Assembly: GCF_006345805.1 (NCBI RefSeq)
Contig: NC_043002.1
Span: forward strand, 102,920,001-102,984,000
DNA: 64,000 nt
DNA from: Octopus sinensis
Taxonomy: Eukaryota
Direction: 5' to 3'
Part shown: positions 11,716-22,622 of the stretch, in pieces
How positions within the stretch are numbered: position 1 is the first letter of the stretch
Layout of the letters: every line of letters begins with the position of its first letter
Notes under the pieces: generated by a model
Database searches by the model: none
Told to the model about the DNA's origin: nothing
Seen by the model: only the letters and a program-made list of their open reading frames with translations
Translations under genes and position numbers: made by a program

Positions 11716-12404
11716 AGGTATATGTATATATGTATATGTATGCATATATATTTATACACACACAGACACACACATATATACATATGTGTGTGTGCATAAG
11801 TGTGTGTGTGTGTTATACCATACATATTTGATAGAGGTTGTATGATAAACGCACACGCATAGACAAACACATCAACACGGGCTCATATGCACATATATGC
11901 GCTTACGTATATGCATTTTATACACAAACACACACACACACAAACGCATATATACGCATGAGTGTGACTGTGTGCGTCTAAGTACACATACCTTTATAAC
12001 CACACATATGTGCACGGGTGCAAGGGTAGGTGGCTGTGTACTTAAGTGACGTTTAAAACATGAATCACATTAGCGAGTATGGAAGCTCTAAAATATTTAA
12101 AGATTTGCAAAAAAGGAAAAGACATTTCGATTTATATTAAGTGAATAGAGCTTGTGTGTTGTACTTAAAAGAGGATTATCGGTTTAAATGTAAGAATTCC
12201 GATGTAAGTTTAAGTTCACTGGCATAACCTCGCATACACACCATAGACAATTAGATCTCATAAAACAACGGATGAACGTGTATTGCAATACATTGGTTAT
12301 TGGAGACTTTAAATCGTGGATGGCAGTGTTAGAGAAAAATGTTTAAGAATAAACTCCGTTTTCGTTGGCATACTTATTCAAGTGGTAATGGTAGTATTGC
12401 TGCA

Positions 12405-12994
12405 GCGGCAGCAGTAGTAGTAGTAGTTGCGGTGGTTTGTAGTAGTGGTAGCAATAGCGGTAGTGTAGCAGTATTAATAGTAGTAGTAGTAGTAGTAGTA
12501 GTAGTAGCAGCAGCAGTAGTAGTAGTAGTAACAGCAGTAGCAGTAGTAGTTGTAGTAATAGTAGAAGTAGTAGCAGCATCAGTAGTAGTAGTAACAGCAG
12601 TAGAAGTAGTAGTAGTTGTAATAGTAGAAGTAGTCGTAGTAGCAGTAGTATTAGTAGTAGTAGTATTGACAGCAGCAGTAGTAGTAGCAGCAGAAGTAGC
12701 GGTAGTAGTAGTAATATTAGTAGTAGTAGAAGTAGTGGCGGTAGTAGCAGTAGTAGCAGTAGTAATAGTAGAAATAGTAGCAGTATCAGTAGTAGTGGTA
12801 GTAGTATCAGTAGTAGTAGTAGTAGCAGTAGCTCTAGTAGTAGTAGTAGTGGCAACAGTAGCAGCAGCAGCGGCAGTAGTAGTAGTAGTAGTAGTAGCAG
12901 CAGTAGTAATAGTAGTAGTAGTGGTAGTAGTAATAGTAGTAGTATAGTAGTAGTAGTAGCAGCAGCAGCAGCGGTAGTAGTAACGGTAGTAGCG

Positions 12995-13051
<57 letters not shown>
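12405..13051. repeat. ~650-bp degenerate (GTA/GCA)n trinucleotide array
   Basis: Direct inspection; it accounts for the poly-Val and poly-Leu ORFs. Confidence 0.95.
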
Positions 13052-13052
<1 letters not shown>

Positions 13053-13930
13053 ACGTTTTGTTGAATTGCAGATCATCTCTTATTGAGTAAACCTAAGTTC
13101 AAATATATCTCAAGCCATATAATCTACAATTGCTTTCCAATACCATACTTGCAAGATGCTATCAAAGGATCACTTGCCTTATGGTTTTTCGTTGGGTTAG
13201 CTCTGATCGAATCTTATTTTTATGATTATTCAGCTATTTTGTAGATTGTTTACTACAATGTCAGTAGTGTGCTTTTATGATAAAATGTTTGACTTAGGGG
13301 TATTTGGCTATTAAGTATAACGGTCAGTGATCTTGTAGTAACTTCAAGAGAGAGAGAGAGACAGACACAGAGAGATAGTAAGAGAGAGAGAGAGAGAGAG
13401 AAAAGGGGAGAGCAAGTCCGGATATTAGTGAAAGGAAAAGCGGTAGCAGAATTCATAAAGAATGTAGTAGCCGATGTGCTTATAACGATCAAATCAAACT
13501 AGTAGTAACAGGGGCTGGGGAAATACTCGTCGAGGACGTGGTCGTAGCTTTACAACCTCCTCGCTAACAGACACCTTAGAATTGACACCTATTGCATTGC
13601 ACCTAGATGAAATTTGAATTAGAAGAATAGATGGTAGAATAATGATCAGGTGAGTGTTGAATGATGTAGTAATCTGTAATACGGGTGTATGGCACTGGTG
13701 CACAAGAGTTAAAATTGGTAATTGGAACAAAGCCACGTTAAGGAGCAAAAAAAATATATTAGGATGCTTAGGGTAGTTACAGTGGCCCCTGGTGTCGCAT
13801 GTTAACAGCCTGGAAAATAAGTGGTTTAAAGAGGTTATGTCTTGCCCAAAAGGCAGTGATATGTTTCGCTCTCCTGTCTGTAGCATGAGATGTACCCTGT
13901 ACAATTGTATGCAATATTCTTCATACATAG

Positions 13931-13987
<57 letters not shown>

Positions 13988-14029
13988 TATCTGTGTGTGC
14001 ATGTGTGTTTATGCATGTATGTGTGTGCG

Positions 14030-14060
<31 letters not shown>

Positions 14061-14112
14061 TATATATAGATAGATAGATACTCATACATATTTATATGTG
14101 CATACACGCAGG

Positions 14113-14145
<33 letters not shown>

Positions 14146-14270
14146 ATATTTGCATACATACACATACATATATATGTTCATGATTCAATGTACATGTGTG
14201 TGTGTCTGAGCGTATAGAGGAATATGTATTGTATACTATATGTATATTTATGAGTCAGTTATGTAACTGC

Positions 14271-14372
<102 letters not shown>

Positions 14373-15149
14373 TAGACAGATAGATAGATAGATATATAGA
14401 TATGGATAGATAGATAATGAGAGAGCAAGGGGAAGGGAGAGAAATAGATGCGGGGATGTGTGCATATAGTCCTCAAAAGGAAATCTACAACAAAATGATA
14501 AAAAAAAAATTCAAAATTAATTGCAGCGCGATGCGACGAAGACAATGAAATGATATCTGCAGAGCCATTAGGACTGAGTGAATTAATAGCTGTTGAGATC
14601 TTGTTGATATCAGCATGGCACTAATAATAAGCTTTGCTATCATTCACGACCAGCCGATTCATTGACAAAATCTGTTAGTAAGTCGTGCGGTGACAACCAA
14701 GTGACAAGCTACGAGGGCCATAAATCACATTCGCTAACGTTATCACACTCTAACTGTAAGCTATACTATAGACAGTCGATCGACATTAGATGTGAAAGCA
14801 CAGCCTGATGCCGAAGGTTAATAACTACTGGTGCCATTAAACTTAACTTTCAATGGGCTTTTATTATTTAAACATCGCGTGATAAGGATATAGATAAGAT
14901 TACCCAACGACACTTAAGTGGTAATATCTGAGAATAGATTTAAGTGGAATCTTGCGAGATAAATAAGGAAATATATATTTCAAATAACTATTGATTATTT
15001 TTTTATGCTTGACCCCGAGGTATGGTTTCTGTCTTTGAGTTGAATTTTATGCAACCTGTTTGGCGTGGATAGGTAATAGTACTGTGAAATCAGTTGTTAC
15101 ATATCACATTTCCATACATGTATATATACATACATGCAGAAACACATAC

Positions 15150-15177
15150 GTCTGTGTGTGTGTGCGTATGTGTGTGT

Positions 15178-15242
<65 letters not shown>

Positions 15243-15262
15243 TCTGTGTGTGTGTGTGTCTG
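15150..15262. repeat. (GT)n microsatellite
   Basis: Direct inspection. Confidence 0.95.
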
Positions 15263-16261
15263 TGTGGAATCTATGTGAATTCCTATCACGCTTTCATTTA
15301 ACTATTTTCCTTACCAATGTAATTCTCCGAAACAAGGAAATATAGAATTACCAATACTCATTTGTACAGCACATAGCGAAATCTGGACATTTAACAATGG
15401 TGCGCATTCATCTCATTTGTTATAGGAATATAGTAAATCAGTTTTGTTACCACAGTAAAAGTTTTATCCATCCCCAAGGCTGCTTTTCGAACTCAAAATG
15501 CAAGACACTTGTTTAAGTATTGCTTAAAATTTTATGCACATCGCTAATACAAATGGGATTGGAAAATTCCATTTCATCGTAGCCATCAGCTTGATATATA
15601 TTTTGATATACCGACCCCAAAAGAAAGCAGATAAGTACAATATGATAGAGGTCACGTGTGAGATCATGGTACAAACACGTGCAGCTATTTTATTCATTCT
15701 TTTCGCGGTTCTATTTAATATAAATATAAAAAAAGAACGTTTTAACGTATTGAGAAGTTAAGGTCGTAAAACAAATTTGCTTCATATGAATGCAGAACTA
15801 AAATAAGGCAAACGTTTGAGTGTGGTGACGTAAGGCTGTTTGTCAGCCATTGGTAATCTCATTAAATCAACGCTTATTTTACACCTTCCATTACAACTCG
15901 CCTGAGATCACCCTCATTTTATGATAAAGACTTACAGTTTAAAATAATCGAAATGGAAACGTTTCGTTCAGGTTTTCATGCTTATTTTTCTTCCAATTAC
16001 TAGTTTAATATTAACGAAGATATTTTAATAAATTCTTTCATTATTTTAAAAATTAATTAATATAGCGTTTTTTTTAAAAATAAAAATATGGTAGCAAAGT
16101 TGTAAATTATGAAAGTCTAATACTGATATATGTATAAAGTTTTTTTTATATATGAACTGTATCGATATAGCAATATTTTTTTTGTGTATCTATCTATTTG
16201 TCTATCAATCTACCTACCTACCTACATATCTATCCATTTCTGTTTCTTTCTTTCTCTAACT

Positions 16262-17300
16262 CTCTATCACACAACACACGCAAAATACAACATACCGTAC
16301 TGTCTAGGCAGAAAAATTTATACTGTGGTCGTCGATCCAATTACCAGAAACACACGACTTATAGAATTTGAATGATTTCTGCTCAAGCAAAATTACTCAT
16401 AGAAAACAGCATACAATGAGTAAAAGAGATTCCTATAGATCAACTTAGAGCAACAAGAAAATGACGAACCCATGAAAGAAACACAATACCATTTCTTGTA
16501 ACACACAATCCGCATCAGCGAAATATATTTAACATCATCAAAATAAATTTGCCAATTATAAAACAAAGTGAAATATCTATAAAAAAAAGCATAACCTAAA
16601 GAAACTATTAACAAAGGCAAAATTCAACAGGAACAAAGTGATAAAACATACACAGTAAGGATAACACATATGGAACATGCCAATATATACATACGGGTAG
16701 ATCCATTAGAACAATAAAATGGACAGATTTTGCAAACGAAGATATGAACTGTAAACGCATAAAGTTGTTCTGCTCCATGAAATGCCCGAACTGCGAGGAA
16801 ATATATATAGGCGAGAGAGGGAATGCGTTTTTCAGAACGCTTACGAGTCCATAAACAACAAATTCAGAACACGAATTTTCGCTAAATTTGATTGAGCAAA
16901 CATATAGAAACATGTGGTCAGAAAACTTTTCTAATTTTGTTTCTTTTCCACAAACTACATGGCACAATTGATGTTGGAAGTAAGATAAAAGGAAAACTGT
17001 TTATTAAAATGTCCATACCTGTTCTGAACGGCAATAACAGCAATACTATAACAACCAGGTAATGATGTGGATTAGAAAATTTCTCTAGCGTATAAATATA
17101 TACAAGTTACAGTATATCGGTACGACTGGCAAACCGTGAAGTTTAAGATGCATGAGCATTGGTGACGAAGACATTCCAAAAATTCAGCTTATTGGAACGT
17201 TCTAAGAGATACTAAAGCTGTCAAGAACTCAAACTGCCAGTTCAGCACATTTGGAATTTGATGATTACGCTATGTATGAAAGCGTTAATTCAACTTTATG
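16262..17300 (+). mobile_element. Decayed 3' portion of a Penelope-like element (RT thumb, linker, GIY-YIG), second family
   Basis: YHTTHAKYNIPYCLGRKIYTVV..RNTRL, IPFLVTHNP, KHNLKKLLTKAKF, CPNCEEIYIGE, ERLRVHKQQI, SKHIETCG; collinear with the 41760-42500 PLE protein. Confidence 0.8.
17254..17291 (+). ncRNA. Candidate decayed minimal hammerhead ribozyme
   Basis: GAAT-TTGATGA-T TAC gctat GTA T-GAAAG cg TTA-ATTC: 4-bp stem I, UUGAUGA core, short stem II, GAAA, near-palindromic stem III; lies where a 3' pLTR is expected. Confidence 0.4.
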
Positions 17301-17439
17301 AGCATTATAATATCTTTTTTTTCAATATTAAAATACCATGATAAAAACGTGAAAACCAGATGTTTTAGCTTTATTCAACAGATATATTATTCTATATATA
17401 TTCACACAAATTCGAAACATATATATATATTCAAAAAAA

Positions 17440-17700
17440 AAAGTCAAGATAGAAAATGCTAAAATAATTTTATAAATAAGATTTCAATACCGGTCTCAGT
17501 CATTGAGACTCTCTAAACTGTAACCATTAAACAATTAAATTTAGAAAAAAAGAGAAGTTTTTTTAAAAGAATATTTGTACATTGTTCAAATACAAGTGGC
17601 ATTTTCCTTGTTTCTGCCTGTCTCTGTCTCTCTTGTTTACTCTTGTTTACTCTTGCATGTCCTTGTGAATTCTTGGTAGGGAAGAAGAAGAAAAAGAAGG
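17440..17700 (-). mobile_element. Diverged pLTR/3' UTR of the 38.9-43.5 kb Penelope-like family, with decayed hammerhead (~17480-17525)
   Basis: Aligns by eye with 37520-37770 (AGAAAATGCTAAAATAATTTT..TACCGGT..TTTAGAAAAA..AAGTGGCATT..TTCTTGGTAGGG). Confidence 0.8.
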
Positions 17701-17820
17701 AGGAGGAGGAGAAGGGGAAGAAGGAGAAGAAGAAGAAAAAGAAGAAGAAGAAGAAGAAGAAGAAGAAGAAGAAGAAGAAGAAGAAGAAGAAGAAGAAGAA
17801 GAAGAAGAAGAAGAAGAAGA
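17681..17820. repeat. (GAA)n microsatellite
   Basis: Direct inspection. Confidence 0.95.
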
Positions 17821-17891
17821 ATGTCTCCGTTTTGACGTATTAAAAAGTTAGACCGGTTGAAGTAAAGTAGTTGTTAGGTTAATGTTGTTAT

Positions 17892-18240
17892 GTGTCCTCT
17901 TTTCCATTTTTGTGGTGGGCGGATAGAACAGGGGCTAAATTTTGGATTGATTTTAAAACTGATGCCAATATCATTTGTGCAGTATTGAGGGAATATTTTC
18001 CACATCATACAAATGATGTAACGCTCCTGGCGGCGTTGGAGAGAGTAGAGATTGATATTGTTTTTAGTCGATTAGAAAAACTCAAGCATTATTCTCTCGA
18101 ATGCCAGCGTGAGCGCTACATCATCTGCATGATGTGGGAAATATTCCGTCATCTTTGCCCAAATGATGATCGCATACTCATATCTCATAAAAACAATAGG
18201 GCACAGCCCTTTCACCCCAATTGGCCCCGCTCTACCACGC
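17892..18240. mobile_element. Two divergently oriented ORF2 C-terminal fragments of a LINE related to the 3.2-7.9 kb element
   Basis: Minus 17892-18012: MMWKIFPQYCTNDIGISFKINPKFSPCSIRP. Plus ~18050-18240: LEKLKHYSLECQRERYIICMMWEIFRHLCPND. Compare 7443 ORF: RRERFIICTMWRIYRQHCSNDLNISFKVHPRLGPRAIRP. Confidence 0.75.
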
Positions 18241-18917
18241 CGAACTTCGTTTCAATTATCGCATCTACAAACAGAAATAAAATTCAACTCCAAATTAATA
18301 ATAAAAGCCCAGATCATAGGATACCTAACACAACTACAAAATAACCTTAACAAGACTAAAGCTATAGATAGGAAGCCAAACAATTGCAGTTGTGAGGACC
18401 CTGAATTATTTTCGCTCGCTGGTCTATGTCTACGCAAAAATGTAATATATAAATGCACAATGGCAAATGGAAAACAGCAATCTAGGGTATATATATGACG
18501 TACGAAAGACTTCCAAAAACGGTATAGAATACACGTAAATTCCTTTAACAAAGTAAAGCATAGAAACTCTACGGCGTTAGCAAGCTATGTACACAATTAT
18601 AATTTTAATTAATAGTTGCAAAACCTTTTAATACGTTTCTGGCTCAAACGCTATTTTTTTTCTTTTTCCCTGATGATGGGTGTATTCCTTGGAAGTGAAT
18701 CTAAGATTCACATGTACTCTTTGAATGGACTCTAGAAACGGTCGTCGGGTTACTTTAGTTCCTTTAAATATGGTACCAAAAACTCTTTTTAAACAACTCT
18801 TACTCCCTCCATTCCATAATTTATTTTGAATTGTTAAAAGAAATGTCTTTCTATATTTTATTATTCTTATCTATATTTTTGGTATACTTTATTGTGTTTA
18901 TATACCGAATGTATATG

Positions 18918-19135
18918 TTCTTTTATTTGTTTCAATCATTTGACTGTGGCCATGCTGGAGCACCGCCTTTAGTCGAGCAAATCGACCCCAGGACTTATTC
19001 TTTGTAAGCCTAGTCCTAATTCTATCGGTCTCTCTTGCAGAACCGCTACGTGACGGAGACGTTAAACACACCAGCTTCGGTTGTCAAGCAATGTTTGGGA
19101 GGGACAAACACAGACACAAACATATACACGCACAA

Positions 19136-19188
<53 letters not shown>

Positions 19189-19309
19189 GGGCTTCTTTTA
19201 GGTTCCATCAACCAAATCCACTCACAAGATTCTGGTCAGCCCGAGGCTATAGCAGTGGGACTGAACCTGGAACCATGTGGTTGGTAAACAAGCTACTTAC
19301 CACACAGCC

Positions 19310-19310
<1 letters not shown>
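18918..19310 (-). mobile_element. tRNA-derived SINE family 1 (internal deletion in head region)
   Basis: Reverse-complement homolog of 8076-8455. Confidence 0.85.
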
Positions 19311-19352
<42 letters not shown>

Positions 19353-20019
19353 TGTGTATGTGTGTGTGTGTGTGTACATGTCTACATAAGTGTGGTTGTG
19401 TGCGTATTTATATACAGACAGACTGACAGATAGATAGATAGATAGAGGCATACATACAACTATACATACATGCATACCTATAGATATATTAATCTTTTAG
19501 GGTATAGCATTCATAAGATGTGCATCAACGTATAATGTCGTTTTGCTGTAGCAGGGTGTCTGAAATGTTCGTCTGTTTTGAGACTTAATGTTTCAAAATC
19601 GCTGCGTCATCCGAATGTCTGTATGTTTAATTCTTATATATTTCAAAAGACTTTCCACTGCTGTCTTCCGTATTTCATCAATCATATTCACGTCAACTCG
19701 TACCACAATATTATATAGCATGCCTCATATATCATTCTCCACTATAATTGTATTCCATTTTTATTTACTCATATATTAGAAGTTAGATATTTTCTTTATC
19801 GCTATCATTTCCTAGCAAATAACTGTTGTATTGCTTTCTAAGCGATATTTATTTGAATTGATGTCATAATTTATTTCCATACATTCAGCGGAAACTAAAG
19901 TTTGCTACATTTGAGTAAAGATGTAGGAGCTACCTGTGAAAGACTATACAAACATAGGTACACAACTCTCACGTATGCATGTATCCGGTGTAAGAAATGA
20001 TTTCTTATCCTTATCATTC

Positions 20020-20160
20020 TTTTATCTCGTATTTGTTTCAGTCATTGGACTGCTGCCATCGTGGGTCGTTTGAAGGGTTTTACTCGAAAAATCGCACAAA
20101 CCTTTTTGAAGTCTGCTACTTATTCTGTCCGTCTCTGTTGGCAAACAGCTAGGTTATAAC
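20020..20160 (-). mobile_element. Decayed SINE family 1 tail
   Basis: TTGTTTCAGTCATTGGACTGCTGCCAT..TTACTCGA..TACTTATTCTGTCCGTCTCT, similar to 18925-19040. Confidence 0.55.
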
Positions 20161-20174
20161 AGAGTTGGGACCTG

Positions 20175-20700
20175 AATACACTGAAAGCTATGCCAATACT
20201 ATGGAATGACAACAGAAAAAAGATGGTATTGGCAAACGCCAGAAAAGCTCACTGAAAATGAGAAAGCAACCCTACTCTGGGATATGCCGATACACACGGA
20301 TAGAGAAATTAAGGCCAATAGGCCAGATATAGTTGTCAGAGTTCACCGAGAAAAATGCTTTCTAAGCGATGTATCAATGCCAACACAGGACAAAGTTTCT
20401 TTAAAAGAAACGGAGAAACTTTCAAAATATAAAGATCTGGAAATAGATGTAGCTCGAATATGGAGTTTAAAAAGAGAAATAATTCCTATAATAGTAGGCA
20501 CATTAGGTATGAGGAAAAAAATATTCAGACAAATATATAAAAAAAGAAACACCAGGACTAACATACAGAAAATAGCGCGATTAGGCACGGCACACATCCT
20601 CCGTAAAAAACTGTCAATACAGTAAAAATAAGAGGATCACAACAAACCACAGCACACACCTTGGGGATAGTATCAGAACGCATCACGATGAATAATATAA
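20175..20700 (+). mobile_element. 5'-truncated R4/Dong-like RLE LINE (restriction-like endonuclease end plus 3' UTR), copy A1
   Basis: ORF 20206-20625: LLWDMPIHTDREIKANRPDIVV..DVSMP..EKLSKYKDLEI..IVGTLG..LGTAHILRK (PD-(D/E)xK-type). Confidence 0.88.
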
Positions 20701-20890
20701 ACTGAAATTGGAATTGAGTGACCTGTAGAACTATTAGAAAAGTTTTGCCTCCTTGGCACGTCCGGAATAAGCAGGAAATTATTTTAGATAGCTGAAAAGA
20801 ATGAATAACTAGGTACCGTAGGCTACAAGCAGTAAGCCCACTACGCATGCAAGAATCGAGGAGCTATAGCGAAACCTATGATAAAGAGAT
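20700..20890 (+). mobile_element. Extreme 3' end of a second RLE LINE family, copy A2
   Basis: Homologous to 51755-51930 (GAAATTGGAA..GTAGAACT..TTTTGCCT..TAGCTGAAA..GTAGGCT..TAAGCCCACTACG.ATGCAAGA). Confidence 0.75.
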
Positions 20891-20919
20891 AATACTAATA
20901 ATACTAATACTACTAATAA

Positions 20920-20921
20920 TA

Positions 20922-20994
<73 letters not shown>

Positions 20995-21065
20995 CGACGA
21001 CGACGACGACAACAACAACAACAAAAACAACAACAATAAAATGATGATGATGATGATGATGATGA
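20920..21065. repeat. (GAT)n/(GAC)n/(AAC)n microsatellite
   Basis: Direct inspection. Confidence 0.95.
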
Positions 21066-22289
21066 TTAGAAAGTGAAACCTGTCAGAAAACCAAGTTAAT
21101 TATGGGAAGTAGACTCAATGGAAAACAACAAAATCGGGGGCAATTGTTACATAGCCTGTTTCCTTAATGAGATGCGGCACCGGTATTGTTAGGTGAACAA
21201 AGACCGATCTTGCCGAAATGGACCGGAAAACTAGAAAGTTGACAACAAAGAACTACACCCCAAAAGCGATATTGAAACACTATGCTGAGACATCTTCCAG
21301 AGGTGGAAGAGGTCTCATAGGATGGAAGATCTGTGTTGCCAACGAGAAGAACAGTCTGGTATGATACGTCCCACAGAAGAGTGGATCGTTGCTTGCTGCT
21401 GGTAGAATTGACAATGAAATACCTCTCCGAAAATGTGATGCTGCCATAAACAGAGAAGAAACAAGATAAAGAAAAAAGAGAAGAAACCAATAAATGAAAC
21501 CACTACAGAGGCAATACCTCAGAGAAATCGAAGGGAAGGAGGTCAATAATTGGAGATGGCTAAAACAGAGTGATCTGAAAGGATGCACTGAGGCATTGAT
21601 ATGTAGCGCCCAGGAACAAGCTCTGAGAAGTAATTACACCAAGTTATAAAGAGATGAGTTGAGAATCACCCTGTCGCATGATCTGCGGCAGAAGAAACGA
21701 AGCAATCTCACATATCGTGAGCGAGTGTAGCAAACTGACCCCCAAAATACTACAGACCGAAGCACAATAACGTGCCAAAGTTCGTGTAAAATGTACAGCC
21801 TGAACAGAGCACGGAAATGATACGCACATGAACCAGAAGGAGTCACCGAGAACAAGGAGATCAAATATTATTGTGGTAGATAAAGGAAAACAGGAAACTA
21901 AGATCATAGATTTTGCAATACTTGGAAATGCACGCATAAGTGACACAGAAGAAGAAAAGATCAAAAAGTACAGACTACTAAAAGACGAAATTGCAAGAAT
22001 ATGGAATATGAGGAGAGTGTCTTTCGTCCTACTAGGTGTACGATCTCTAACAACCACATTCGAGAAATGGGTCAAAGAAATTTGAATTGACATGAGGGGG
22101 AGCAAGCTCCAAAACTGCTCTGCTGGGTAAAGCAAGGATTTTGCGATTGGGACCTGGATGATGAACGTCTCCGACGATAATTAAAAGTCAAGTGTCAAAG
22201 CTTATAATGTGCGAAAAGAGGCACTGTGCAACCTCTAACGGTAGGCTACAGTCCGTCGTCACAGAATCTAGCAGAACAAACAAAACCGA
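21066..22289 (+). mobile_element. 5'-truncated R4/Dong-like RLE LINE, copy B
   Basis: MDRKTRKL, GGRGL, WRWLKQSDLKGCTEALICSAQEQALR, CCHC-like C..CGRRNEAISHIVSEC, IIVVDK..IIDFA..EKIKKY; ends in (AAT)n. Confidence 0.85.
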
Positions 22290-22375
22290 ATAATAATAAT
22301 AATGATAATAGTAATAATAATAACAGTAATGATAATAATAATAATAATAATAATAATAGTAATAATAATAATATA

Positions 22376-22407
<32 letters not shown>

Positions 22408-22574
22408 TAATAATAATATAATATGATAATAATAATAATATAAAATAATAATAATAATAATGATAATAATAATAATAAATATAATAATAATATAATAAAA
22501 TAATAATAATAATAATAAAATAATAAAATAATGATAATAAAAATAATAAAAAATAATAAATAATGATAATAATA

Positions 22575-22607
<33 letters not shown>

Positions 22608-22622
22608 TAATAATAATAAATA
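22289..22622. repeat. Degenerate (AAT)n array
   Basis: Direct inspection. Confidence 0.95.

Noticed and set aside
12339-13076. 202-aa poly-Val and 170-aa poly-Leu ORFs
   Set aside because: These are by-products of a stop-free (GTA/GCA)n array, with no non-repetitive coding content.
13607-13655. Perfect donor CAG|GTGAGT with upstream CTAG acceptor
   Set aside because: All three frames of the implied exon contain stops, and there is no other support.
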